A DNA stretch of 64,000 bases from Verrucomicrobiales bacterium (GTDB lineage: Bacteria; Verrucomicrobiota; Verrucomicrobiia; Limisphaerales; SXTU01): contig SXTU01000291.1 in assembly GCA_005791875.1 (NCBI GenBank), positions 4,138-68,137 of the forward strand, given 5' to 3'. Within the stretch, counting starts at the first letter, position 1. Each line of letters starts with the position of its first letter. The position numbers and the translations under genes were made by a program. The notes below the pieces were generated by a model. That model was not told the DNA's origin, made no database searches, and was given only the letters and a program-made list of their open reading frames with translations. This document shows positions 16,464-25,295 of this stretch, piece by piece.

Positions 16464-17720
16464 ATGACCATTTCGATTCTAGCGGTGTTTCTGTTCGTGA
16501 CAGTCGGCGCTTTGGGGCGGCAAGTCGGAGCGCTGCGTATGAGCATTTCACTGGTGGGCGTGATTGTGGCGCTCTTCGTGGCGGGACCGCTCGCACCGTA
16601 TTTTCGCAAGGGCCTTGAGCTGGTGTCGAAAAGCCCCATCGTGATCTGGTCGCTCGCCGCGCCGCTGGCCTTCCTGGCGGTCATGCTGGTCTTCAACAGC
16701 ATCGCGGTGGCGGCGTATCTCAAGATCGGCAACTACTACAAATACCGCGCGAAGGACGACATCCGGATCCGCTGGGAACGCATGGACAGCCAGCTCGGCC
16801 TGTGCGTGGGCATTGTGGCCGCCGTGGTGTATCTGATCGCGGGCAGCGCGTATGTCTATCACGTCGGCTACGTCACCAAACAGGTGGAGTCGCCGGGCGA
16901 CAACCCGTTCTGGCTGGGCATGGCCAACAAGATGCGCGACGACCTCAGCAGCACGAAGTTCGACCGCGTGGCGGCGGCTGTGACGACGGCGTCGCCCAAG
17001 TTCACCGAGACTGCGGACCTGCTCGGGCTGCTGTATCACAACAAGGAATTGCAGTCGCGGCTCCCGGAATACCCGCTGTTCATGTCGCTCGCAGAGAACG
17101 GGGAATTGCAGAACTCCTTCACGAACGAGACCTACTCCGTGCTGCTGCCGGCCAAGACGAATGTCGCCGCCATCCTGAAGGATCCCACCACTGAGACGAT
17201 CCTCAACCACCCCGAGATCCGCCGGGTGATGGGCGAGGTGGACCTCGCCGACCTGCTCACCTACCTCAAGACGGGCAAGTCTGAGAAATACGCCAAGGAG
17301 CTGATGGTTGGCAAATGGCAGCTCGACATCAACAGCACGGTCAAGCAATACGCCCGCGCCGATCCCAAGCTCACGGTCCCCAACCAGAACCGGCTGCGCG
17401 GCATGCTGCGCTTCCGCATGGCGGATTACCTGCTCGTCACCACGCCCGACGAGAAGGTCTATGTGAAGGGCACGCAGAAGCCGCTCCCCGGCTTCGCCAG
17501 CCTGATGACCCAGCTCTTCCAAGTCCCCGTGCCGCCGCCGCCGCCCACCAAGCAGCCGCCGACTCTCTTCACCGGCTCATGGAAGAAAGAGGGCGACAAG
17601 TATCAGATCAGCATCCAGACCGAGCAGGGCGAGAAGACGGCCGACGCGAACTTCGTCGAGAACGGCAAGCTGTCGGCAGGCGTCGGCCCGAACACGCTCG
17701 TGTTCTACCGGATTGACTGA
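16464..17720 (+). CDS. Membrane protein with CvpA-like N-terminal region
   Basis: 418 aa with four hydrophobic spans in the first ~140 aa, arranged as in CvpA. The C-terminal soluble part has no recognisable family. Confidence 0.6.
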   Translation: MTISILAVFLFVTVGALGRQVGALRMSISLVGVIVALFVAGPLAPYFRKGLELVSKSPIVIWSLAAPLAFLAVMLVFNSIAVAAYLKIGNYYKYRAKDDIRIRWERMDSQLGLCVGIVAAVVYLIAGSAYVYHVGYVTKQVESPGDNPFWLGMANKMRDDLSSTKFDRVAAAVTTASPKFTETADLLGLLYHNKELQSRLPEYPLFMSLAENGELQNSFTNETYSVLLPAKTNVAAILKDPTTETILNHPEIRRVMGEVDLADLLTYLKTGKSEKYAKELMVGKWQLDINSTVKQYARADPKLTVPNQNRLRGMLRFRMADYLLVTTPDEKVYVKGTQKPLPGFASLMTQLFQVPVPPPPPTKQPPTLFTGSWKKEGDKYQISIQTEQGEKTADANFVENGKLSAGVGPNTLVFYRID

Positions 17721-17840
17721 GGCCCGGCGGGTTTCAACCGGCAGCGGGGCGATTTCGAGGCAGCACCAGCTTGCTTGCTCGCGTGAGATGGATCAGGAAT
17801 CCAAGTTGATTGCGACGCCGGGAATCAGCACGCTTGCGGA

Positions 17841-18077
17841 GTGAGCCAGCCCAACATCTCCCAGCGTTCTCCCCTCGTGCAAAAAGCCGAACCCGGCACC
17901 TGGTGGTGGTGCTCCTGCGGCCTCTCGAAGAGCCAGCCCTTCTGCGACGGCTCGCACAAGGGCACGGAGTTCAGCCCGACGAAGGTGGAGATCACGGAGG
18001 CGAAGCAGGTGGCGTGGTGCCTGTGCAAGCACTCGAAGACGGGCGCGTTCTGCGACGGCAGCCACAAGCAGGTGTGA
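17841..18077 (+). CDS. CDGSH iron-sulfur domain protein (two CDGSH motifs)
   Basis: CSCGLSKSQPFCDGSHKG and CLCKHSKTGAFCDGSHKQ. Confidence 0.85.
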   Translation: MSQPNISQRSPLVQKAEPGTWWWCSCGLSKSQPFCDGSHKGTEFSPTKVEITEAKQVAWCLCKHSKTGAFCDGSHKQV

Positions 18078-18092
18078 CGCGCGGGCGCGCCG

Positions 18093-18584
18093 CTATGACT
18101 CCGGCGGCGGCGTGCGACGGAAGAACTTCGTCACGTTGTCGGCGTCGGAGTCGGCGAAATCCACCGTGGCGCCGGGCGCGCGCTGGCGGGCAAGCTCCAT
18201 CATCGTGTGGAGGTTAATGACTGTTGGCACCGCCTTGTCCGCGACGATTTCAGGGGCGATCTGCGTGTCGAAGACCACAACGAGGAGGCAAGTGTCGTCC
18301 ACGTGGCGGATGAGCGTGTGGAAGCCGGTGCCGCTGATGCGCAACTGCGTGAAGAAGTTTTCCTTGAGCCGCTTCGACATGGCCTGGGCTGCGTTAAAGG
18401 CGTTCGAGGCGAGGCTGGCGAACTCGCGCACGTCACCGGGCAGCTCGCCGCCGGCGCGCTGGATGAGGTAGCCCGCGCTCTCGACGACCATGGCGGACAG
18501 CACGCCGCTGCGCGACACGAGATCCTTGAGCAGCACGTCGAGCTGCTGCACGTCCTCCGTGGTGAGCTGTGGAAAACCTTTCAT
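18093..18584 (-). CDS. mglB: Roadblock/LC7 domain protein, MglB-like GTPase-activating partner
   Basis: ATG 18584 (MKGFPQLTTEDVQQLDVLLKDLVSRSGVLSAMVVESAGYLI...). It has roadblock-fold pattern and lies immediately downstream of mglA. Confidence 0.7.
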   Translation of the reverse strand: MKGFPQLTTEDVQQLDVLLKDLVSRSGVLSAMVVESAGYLIQRAGGELPGDVREFASLASNAFNAAQAMSKRLKENFFTQLRISGTGFHTLIRHVDDTCLLVVVFDTQIAPEIVADKAVPTVINLHTMMELARQRAPGATVDFADSDADNVTKFFRRTPPPES

Positions 18585-18631
18585 GGGAACGCGGGGCGCG
18601 GAACGCGGAATGCCGCCAGCAGACCGCTTCA

Positions 18632-19234
18632 TCACTTGCCGCTGTTCAGATACTTGTTGAGCAGCAGGCCGGTGATGGCGTTGAGCGTCTCGAAGACGCC
18701 CTCGCACTTGGGCGCGATGGCGGGGAAGCTCGGCACCTGCACGTCGCGGTTGTTCAGGAGGAAGTCCATGTATTCGACCGGCGCGGGGTTGGCGGAGTCG
18801 CGCTTGTTGTATTGGAGGACGTAGGGGATGTCGGCCAGGTTGAGCTTCAGCGTCTTGAGGTTGTCCTCCATGTTTTTCAGGCTTTCGACGTTCTCCTCCA
18901 TCTTCTCGTAGGTGGAGTCGGCGACGAAGACCAGGCCGTCCACGCCGCGCAGCACGAGCTGGCGCGTGGTGTTGTAGATAACCTGGCCGGGGACTGTGTA
19001 GAGCTGGAACTTGGTCTTGTAGCCCTTGATGGTGACTGTCTCCAGCGGGAAGAAGTCGAAGAAGAGCGTGCGGTCCGAGCTGGTAGCCAGGGAGACGATC
19101 TTGGTCTTGCTCTCCGGGTTGGCGGTCTGGACGTTGCCGTAGATGGACTCGAGGTTGGTCGTCTTGCCGGACTTGGCGGGGCCGTAATAGACGATCTTGA
19201 CCTGCAGTTCCTTGGTGGCTTGGTGGTGAAACAT
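18632..19234 (-). CDS. mglA: MglA-type Ras-like small GTPase
   Basis: KIVYYGPAKSGKTTN (P-loop), YTVPGQ (Thr in place of the Ras Asp, the MglA hallmark) and YNKRD (NKxD). Confidence 0.85.
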   Translation of the reverse strand: MFHHQATKELQVKIVYYGPAKSGKTTNLESIYGNVQTANPESKTKIVSLATSSDRTLFFDFFPLETVTIKGYKTKFQLYTVPGQVIYNTTRQLVLRGVDGLVFVADSTYEKMEENVESLKNMEDNLKTLKLNLADIPYVLQYNKRDSANPAPVEYMDFLLNNRDVQVPSFPAIAPKCEGVFETLNAITGLLLNKYLNSGK

Positions 19235-19237
19235 AGG

Positions 19238-20644
19238 TTATTTGCGCTGGCGGGCGATTTCGGTGGCGATGGTCTGGAGCTGAGGCAGCGGAAGCAAGTG
19301 TCCTTTGCGGCCCATGACTGTGAAGAAGATTTTCTCGAGCTTGAAGACGGCCCAGTGGTGGCCGTCGGCGACGAGCGAGATCATCGTGGGATCGCCGAGC
19401 TTCATCTGGCGGGACTGCTCGCCTGTGAGGGAGAAGAGCTTGGGCAGCGCGTAGGCGAGCAGCTCCGGCGGCAACGTGGCCTGCATCTCGGCGGCGGCGA
19501 GGTGGCCTTCCTGCAACGAGAGCATCGCGCCGAAGACGCCGGGGAAGCCGATGACGGCGTGGATGATTTCCGCCGGCGTCCAGTGGGTTTTCTCGGGCTT
19601 GCCGAGCGCCTCGCCGAGCTTGGTGTCGGCGGCCACGGGCGCAGCAGGCGCGGGGGGCGGGATGGTCAACGAGGCGACCGGGGCGCGGTTCACGAACGTG
19701 GTCGAGCTACTGTCGCCGCCGGCGGCAGGAGACTTCGCGCCGCTCCTCATGTTCGACATGAAGGCCTCCACGAGCACGCGCAGGGGGAGTTGCAGCGATG
19801 TGCTGTCCACCGCCGAGGGGCCGACACCGGGCTTCATCCATGCGCGCAACTGGCCCCATGTGAAAATCACCTTGCCGCTCTTCATCGCGTTGCCGAGTTC
19901 CTCGCGCGGGAACTCCACCGAGACATCGCCGAGGTCGGTGGCTTCCTTGCGGACGTTCTCCGGCCAGCCCACGGTGAGGACGGAGAGCTTCACGAGCACG
20001 ACGCTTGAGGCGGGAGCCTCTCCGGCGGCAATCGGTCCAGATGGAGCGGGGGCGGACTCGACCGGCGCGAACGCGGGCTGAAAGGTCGTGAAGGTGGTGC
20101 CGCCCTTGGTCGCTTCCGGTGCGGTATGAAAGGAGGGCGCGAAGGGCGGGGCCGCTGGCGGCGCGGGCGCGAAGGCCGGCGGAGCGACGGGCGCGGGCGG
20201 CGTCACTGGTGCCGGAGCCGCAGCGGGTGTGGGGCCGAGGCCGGCGAAGAAGCTTCCAGCCGCCGGCTCGGCCTTCTGCGCGGGCTTGCGCTTGAGCAGC
20301 GGCCCGGCGACGCGCAGCACTTCCGGCAACGGCAAATCCACGAGCGCGTCGCCCTGGCCTCCGGGGCTGATCAACCCGGCAGGCGCGGCGGCGCGGAGTT
20401 CATCGAGCGTGATACGCACCGCGCCTGTGGCGAGCTGCGCAAGCACCTTGGCCGTTGGCACGTTTATTTTTTCGTCCGGGCTGGCGGCGCGGGTGGCGAG
20501 CGGTTTGAGGCCGACAGGCAGGCGGTCGAGGACGGACTTGAGCGAGATCGCGAGGGTCTCGGGCACGGCGTCCGAAGGCAGCGTGGCTGCACTGGCGGGT
20601 GGTCCCCCGCCCGCGGCTGAGAGTCCTTTGATGGAGTCCAACAT
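19238..20644 (-). CDS. Pro/Ala-rich protein with C-terminal roadblock-like domain (hypothetical, first gene of the mgl operon)
   Basis: 468 aa. A short module occurs twice (INVPTAKVLAQLATGAVRITLDEL; VEFPREELGNAMKSGKVIFTWGQL). Proline-rich linkers follow, and the C-terminal ~110 aa (HAVIGFPGVFGAMLSLQEGHL...) is roadblock-like. Confidence 0.65.
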   Translation of the reverse strand: MLDSIKGLSAAGGGPPASAATLPSDAVPETLAISLKSVLDRLPVGLKPLATRAASPDEKINVPTAKVLAQLATGAVRITLDELRAAAPAGLISPGGQGDALVDLPLPEVLRVAGPLLKRKPAQKAEPAAGSFFAGLGPTPAAAPAPVTPPAPVAPPAFAPAPPAAPPFAPSFHTAPEATKGGTTFTTFQPAFAPVESAPAPSGPIAAGEAPASSVVLVKLSVLTVGWPENVRKEATDLGDVSVEFPREELGNAMKSGKVIFTWGQLRAWMKPGVGPSAVDSTSLQLPLRVLVEAFMSNMRSGAKSPAAGGDSSSTTFVNRAPVASLTIPPPAPAAPVAADTKLGEALGKPEKTHWTPAEIIHAVIGFPGVFGAMLSLQEGHLAAAEMQATLPPELLAYALPKLFSLTGEQSRQMKLGDPTMISLVADGHHWAVFKLEKIFFTVMGRKGHLLPLPQLQTIATEIARQRK

Positions 20645-20745
20645 GCGGTTTTGGCCGTGATTTCACGCTGATTTTCGCGCGGAAATACGCCCAATATTCT
20701 CCCAAATCGCTTGAAGAGGCAAACAAAAAGGGCACACTCAAGCCC

Positions 20746-21813
20746 ATGCACATACAAAACAAAATTCTCATCCTCGACGACGAGCAGCAATTCATGGAGT
20801 TGTGCAAGGAGTTGCTGTCCACGTTGCCGGCGAAGCCCGACGTGCGCACCGCATCCTCCGGCGCGCACGCCATCGCACTGCTGGAGGCCGAGCCGTATTC
20901 GCTTCTCCTCACCGACCTGCGAATGCCGAACATAGACGGTTTCCAAGTGCTGGCCATCGTCCGGCGGCGCTTTCCTAGTCTGCGCACGATGGTGATGACG
21001 GGCGTGACCGAGGACGAGTATCGGACCCGCGCCTACGCGATGGGCATCGACATGTATCTGGAGAAGCCCAAAACCTCGCAGGACATCAAGATGTTTGTGG
21101 ACTGCGTCGAGTCGCTTCTGGCGCGCGAGGAGGCGGGCGGCTTCCGTGGCGTGCAGAGCAAGACGCTCACGGACATCGTGCAGATGGAAAGCCTTTCCCA
21201 AAGCTCCGTGACGCTCAAGTTCACCAACGGACCCTTTGTCGGAAAAATCTGGCTGCTCAACGGCGACCTCATGGATGCCGAGATGGGCGAGCTTCAAGGC
21301 GAGGACGCGTTCAAGAAAATCATGTCGTGGCGCGCGGGCACCTTTGAGCACCTGCCCGCCGACACCAAGCGCGAGCGCCGCATCATGAACTCCGTCCAGG
21401 GCCTCCTGCTCGACTCCGCGCAGATGCTCGACGAGATGGCCGCCGGCGAAGTCCCCGGCTCCGGCGGCGAGAAGGCCAAGGCCACATCGCCGCTCGCGGA
21501 GCTGGGCCGCAGCCCGGGCGTCGAGTTCGTGCTCACCACCGAGATGGGCAAGGGCAAGAAATTCGAGCACTTCGCCTGCGAGGCGCCCGACAAGACCGCC
21601 GCCTGGGCCGCGCGCGCCGCCGAGCGCTTCAACCACCTCGGCGAAAAGATCAAGGCCGGCACGCTCCAGCAGATCGTCACCACCGGCACGCAGCGCGGCA
21701 CGGGACTCGCTCCCAAGGGCGAGAAGGTTCTCTGCGCCGGCTTCCAGAGCGGACGCACAGCGGGCCAGATTTTGGAAACCCTCAAAAAAATGGCAGCACA
21801 ATGGGCCTCCTAG
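20746..21813 (+). CDS. Response regulator: receiver + PATAN (DUF4388) + roadblock-like C-terminus
   Basis: REC: ILILDDEQ...LLLTDLRMPNIDG...MDMYLEKP. PATAN-like: LTDIVQMESLSQSSVTLKFTNGPFVGKIWLLNGDLMDAEMGELQGEDAF. Confidence 0.8.
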   Translation: MHIQNKILILDDEQQFMELCKELLSTLPAKPDVRTASSGAHAIALLEAEPYSLLLTDLRMPNIDGFQVLAIVRRRFPSLRTMVMTGVTEDEYRTRAYAMGIDMYLEKPKTSQDIKMFVDCVESLLAREEAGGFRGVQSKTLTDIVQMESLSQSSVTLKFTNGPFVGKIWLLNGDLMDAEMGELQGEDAFKKIMSWRAGTFEHLPADTKRERRIMNSVQGLLLDSAQMLDEMAAGEVPGSGGEKAKATSPLAELGRSPGVEFVLTTEMGKGKKFEHFACEAPDKTAAWAARAAERFNHLGEKIKAGTLQQIVTTGTQRGTGLAPKGEKVLCAGFQSGRTAGQILETLKKMAAQWAS

Positions 21814-22091
21814 ATTTCTTTTCCTCGAAGAAGAACGCGCCGGCGATTGACCGCCTGCCCAGCGGCAGCTTCACCGTGGACCGCCACGGAAACGTCCTGA
21901 CCTCCACGCTCCCGCGCTCCTTCGACGAGGCAAACGTCCGCGAGATCGGCAAGACGGTGATGGAGGCGATGGTCTGCGCCCGCGAGGCAAACCTGCCCGT
22001 GACCGAGATGTCCATCCACTTCAGCGGCCTCAAGATCACCGCCAAGGAGCAGGGCGGCGGCGTCATGATTTTCCTTGCCCCCGTCCGTTGA
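21801..22091 (+). CDS. Small hypothetical protein
   Basis: 96 aa. The start overlaps the upstream stop by 13 nt, and third-position GC resembles neighbouring genes. Confidence 0.5.
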   Translation: MGLLDFFSSKKNAPAIDRLPSGSFTVDRHGNVLTSTLPRSFDEANVREIGKTVMEAMVCAREANLPVTEMSIHFSGLKITAKEQGGGVMIFLAPVR

Positions 22092-22123
22092 CGCGCACTA
22101 AATCGCCCCCCCGGAAGCTGCTT

Positions 22124-22528
22124 ATGCGCAAAAAGAAACTCGACCAGCTCATTCTCGAACTCGAAACCCACGTCGGGTGCTGGAAGCAGTTCAACCACTA
22201 CCTGTCCCTCGCCCGCTCGAAGAACTTCACCCCCGAGGACGAAAACCAGTTCCTCGAGATCAAGAGCAACATCGCCCAGGGCCTCCAGATGCTCATGAGC
22301 CAGATCGAGGGCGGCGGCGCTCCCCCGCGCGAGGAAGTCCAGGCCCTGCTCACCAACGCCCCCTCCATCCGCTACATGGGCGAGCTGGCCGACAACTCCC
22401 TGCGCGGCCTCGAAAACCAGTGGCACAAGATCTTCCTCGACTGGCAGAACGTCCTCGGCCAGCTCAAGGTCAAGCAGAAGGAGCTCGAGGGTCAGTCCTT
22501 CTTCGGCAGCCTCTTTGGGAAGAAGTAG
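22124..22528 (+). CDS. Hypothetical helical protein
   Basis: ATG 22124 (MRKKKLDQLILELE...). An alternative TTG at 22088 overlaps the upstream stop. It is 134-146 aa. Confidence 0.55.
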   Translation: MRKKKLDQLILELETHVGCWKQFNHYLSLARSKNFTPEDENQFLEIKSNIAQGLQMLMSQIEGGGAPPREEVQALLTNAPSIRYMGELADNSLRGLENQWHKIFLDWQNVLGQLKVKQKELEGQSFFGSLFGKK

Positions 22529-22538
22529 GCGAGACAGC

Positions 22539-22609
22539 GGAGTTGATAGAGGGAGAGTTGATAGTTGATGGCTTCCGACAGCCACTCGCCTCTATCAACT
22601 ATCAACTCC
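22539..22609. repeat. Heptad-word palindrome, AGTTGAT words (copy G1)
   Basis: ggagttgatagagggagagttgatagttgatgg ... cctctatcaactatcaactcc. It lies between convergent stops and overlaps the last codons of lipA. Confidence 0.85.
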
Positions 22610-23483
22610 CCGGGCTGAATTCCTCCGCGTGGTAGCTGCTGCGCACCATTGGTCCGCTGGCGACGTGGACAAAGCCCATCCCCTCCGCCCGCGCCCCCAG
22701 CTCTGCGAACTTCTCCGGATGCACAAACTCCACGACCGGCAGATGCTTCAGTGTCGGCTGGAGGTATTGGCCCAGCGTGAGGATGTCGCACTCTGAGCGG
22801 CGCAAGTCCTCCATCGCCGTGAGCACCTCCGCTTCCGTCTCGCCGAGGCCGAGCATGATGCCGGACTTTGTGAAAATGTCCGCCCGCCGCGCCTTCACCT
22901 TAGCCAGCACGGAGAGCGAACGGTCATAAGTCGCACGATGCCGCACGCTCGGCGTGAGGCGACGGACGGTTTCGAGGTTGTGGTTGTAAATCTCCGGGTT
23001 CGCCGTGAGCACGCACTCGATGGCATCGTCCTTGTCGAGGAAGTCCGGCACCAGCACCTCAATGACGATGCCGGGGTTCGCCGCGCGGGTGGCCTCGATG
23101 GTCTGCCGGAAATGCTCCGCGCCGCCGTCCGAGAGGTCATCGCGCGCCACCGCCGTGATGACGACGTGCTTGAGACCCATGCGCTTGGTCGCCTCGGCCA
23201 CGCGCTGCGGCTCGTCGGCTTCGAGCGCGAGCGGCCTGGCGGTGGAGACGGCACAAAACCCGCACGCGCGCGTGCAGCGGTCGCCGGCGATCATGAACGT
23301 CGCCGTGCCCTTGCTCCAGCACTCCCAATGATTCGGGCACTTGGCGCTCTCGCAGACGGTGTGGAGGCGCAGGTCGTTAAGCAGCTCGCGCGTCTTCGTG
23401 AACGCGCTGCTCGTCGGCAGCGAGAGGCGCAGCCACTCGGGCAGGCGCGTGCGCGCGGGAGGCAGGGCAGTGAGGGTTTCCAT
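22602..23483 (-). CDS. lipA: Lipoyl synthase
   Basis: CESAKCPNHWECW and the radical-SAM motif CTRACGFCAV; 293 aa. Confidence 0.9.
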   Translation of the reverse strand: METLTALPPARTRLPEWLRLSLPTSSAFTKTRELLNDLRLHTVCESAKCPNHWECWSKGTATFMIAGDRCTRACGFCAVSTARPLALEADEPQRVAEATKRMGLKHVVITAVARDDLSDGGAEHFRQTIEATRAANPGIVIEVLVPDFLDKDDAIECVLTANPEIYNHNLETVRRLTPSVRHRATYDRSLSVLAKVKARRADIFTKSGIMLGLGETEAEVLTAMEDLRRSECDILTLGQYLQPTLKHLPVVEFVHPEKFAELGARAEGMGFVHVASGPMVRSSYHAEEFSPGS

Positions 23484-23494
23484 CGGAGAAATCA

Positions 23495-23726
23495 GGAAAT
23501 GACCAATGACCCATGTTCAATGTCCAATGAATGACCAAGCCCGAATGACCAATGCTGGTAGGGCACGGTGTCCTCACCGCGCCGGTTGGGCGTTCGTCCG
23601 GTTCGGCGGCGGGCTGGGGATAGACGCGCCCTACCACGCCGCGTCCGAGCGCAAATGGGAGCCCCAAGCCGTCCACTGATCATTGGGCATTCTTTGGTCA
23701 TTGGGAATTGGACATTGGTCATTCCC
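23495..23726. repeat. Heptad-word palindrome, CAATGAC-type words (copy A3) with a foreign element in its spacer
   Basis: The arms are ggaaatgaccaatgacccatgttcaatgtccaatgaatgaccaagcccgaatgaccaatgc and tgatcattgggcattctttggtcattgggaattggacattggtcattccc. The spacer holds the 79-bp element at 23557-23635. Confidence 0.85.
23557..23635. mobile_element. 79-bp TIR element GGTAGGGC...GCGCCCTACC (copy B1), MITE-like
   Basis: It aligns without gaps to 57339-57417 (61 of 79 positions identical by hand count). The termini are ggtagggc(a/g)c and gacgcgccctacc. Confidence 0.8.
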
Positions 23727-23970
23727 ACCCATTCTTCTTCCACCACTTCTCAATCTCCGGCGGGCCGAAGTCCCCGAGCACCTTGCCATCCACCTCGATG
23801 GTGGGCGCGCAGGTCTGGCCGGAGAGGCGCTCCATCTCGTCGTAAGCCTTGTCGTCGGCCATGACGTTGAGCACCTCATACTCCACGCCCCGCGCGTCGA
23901 GCCAAGCCTCGGCCTTCGAGCACCACGGGCAATAGGGTTTGATGAAGAGGCGGACGCGGTTGGGTTTCAT
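23719..23970 (-). CDS. Glutaredoxin-like (NrdH/Grx family) protein
   Basis: ATG 23970; 83 aa with a CPWC active site (IKPYCPWCSKA) and TIEVDGKVLGDF. The upstream 135 codons of the track ORF are not protein-like. Confidence 0.75.
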   Translation of the reverse strand: MKPNRVRLFIKPYCPWCSKAEAWLDARGVEYEVLNVMADDKAYDEMERLSGQTCAPTIEVDGKVLGDFGPPEIEKWWKKNGWE

Positions 23971-24181
23971 GCGAAGGTTATTTGAGACTGCGGAGAGCCG
24001 CTTCCGAAATTCGGGACTGCCCGGGAATTTTGCTCGAAAGCCAGCCGCCGATTTTGGCGCTGGGATGGCCGGGGGTAGTCGTTGCGCGTCTGGCCTTGCG
24101 ATTTCACGGCGGAAAACTAACGCAGCAATTGCCGGGACGGAAGCGGAATGCCGCGCCTGGCGGCCAGCCCCGGGCTTGGGC

Positions 24182-25186
24182 CTATGCGGGTTGAGCCTCC
24201 AACGTCGTCCCACCCAGCGCTGCGGGCGTCTCGTTGAAGTGGCCGAAGTGCCGGAACTTCCCGTAGCGCTGCCGCAACCGCTCGCTGACCGAGAGCGCGT
24301 CCAGTTGCGCGAGGTTTTTGAGCAAGCGCTTCTGGACGGTCGCGGCGGTCGCCGCGGGATCGTTGTGAGCGCCACCCATAGGCTCGGGAACGATTTCGTC
24401 CACGAGGCCGAGTTCGAGCAAGTCCGTGGCCGTGATCTTCAGCGCCTCGGCGGCCTTCGGTGCGGCGGCGCGATCCTTCCACAGAATCGCCGCGCAACCT
24501 TCCGGGCTGATGACCGAGTAATACGCGTTCTCCAAAATCAAAACCCGGTCCGCCACGCCGATGCCCAGCGCCCCGCCGGAGCCGCCTTCGCCGATAACCA
24601 CGGCGATGATGGGGACTTCCAGCAACGTCATCTCGCGCAGGTTCACCGCGATGGCCTCGGCGATGTGCCGCTCCTCCGCGCCGATGCCGGGATACGCGCC
24701 CGCCGTGTCAATCAACGTGATGATGGGCATGCCGAACTTGTCCGCCAGCCGCATAAGCCTGAGCGCCTTGCGGTAGCCCTCGGGGTGCGCGGAGCCGAAG
24801 TTGCGCAGGATGTTTTCCTTCGTGTCGCGCCCCTTCTGCGTGCCAATGACCATGACGGGGCGTCCCGCCAGCTTGGCGAAACCGCAGACCATCGCGCGGT
24901 CGTCCGAGTAAAGCCGGTCGCCGTGCAGCTCGGAGAAGTCCGTGAAGACCGTGCGGAAATAGTCCAGCGTGTAAGGCCGCTTGGGATGGCGCGCGAGCAT
25001 CACCCGCTGCCACGGCGTGAGGTTCAGGTAAATCTGCCGCCGCGTCTCCTCCATCTTCCGCTCCATCTGCTGAACCTCCTCGTCGAGGTTGATGCCGATG
25101 GAATGCTTCTCCGGATGCTTCTTTAGCTCGTCGAGCTTGCGCTGCAACTCGAAGATGGGCTTCTCGAACTCGAGCTGATGTTTCAT
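24182..25186 (-). CDS. accA: Acetyl-CoA carboxylase carboxyltransferase subunit alpha
   Basis: MKHQLEFEKPIFELQRKLDEL...LTPWQRVMLARHPKRPYTLDY...GGSGGALGIGVADRV. Confidence 0.9.
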   Translation of the reverse strand: MKHQLEFEKPIFELQRKLDELKKHPEKHSIGINLDEEVQQMERKMEETRRQIYLNLTPWQRVMLARHPKRPYTLDYFRTVFTDFSELHGDRLYSDDRAMVCGFAKLAGRPVMVIGTQKGRDTKENILRNFGSAHPEGYRKALRLMRLADKFGMPIITLIDTAGAYPGIGAEERHIAEAIAVNLREMTLLEVPIIAVVIGEGGSGGALGIGVADRVLILENAYYSVISPEGCAAILWKDRAAAPKAAEALKITATDLLELGLVDEIVPEPMGGAHNDPAATAATVQKRLLKNLAQLDALSVSERLRQRYGKFRHFGHFNETPAALGGTTLEAQPA

Positions 25187-25295
25187 GCGGTGCTTATTTT
25201 AGGGAGCGTGCGCGGTAGTGGCAACGCGAATTCCCGCTCTCGGAAGCGTGCGTTGACAGTCGCCAGCCCCGACTCCTAGCCTGACCGCACCAGCC

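Noticed and set aside
18569-21801. Long ORFs 18569..20008 (+) and 20464..21801 (-)
   Set aside because: They are antisense to the mglA operon and to the REC-PATAN gene respectively, and they have no motifs. The same reasoning applies to 16548..17522, 35132..36268, 36772..39261, 43878..44924, 45097..46491, 48573..49824, 50617..52473, 56309..57229 and 61161..62408.
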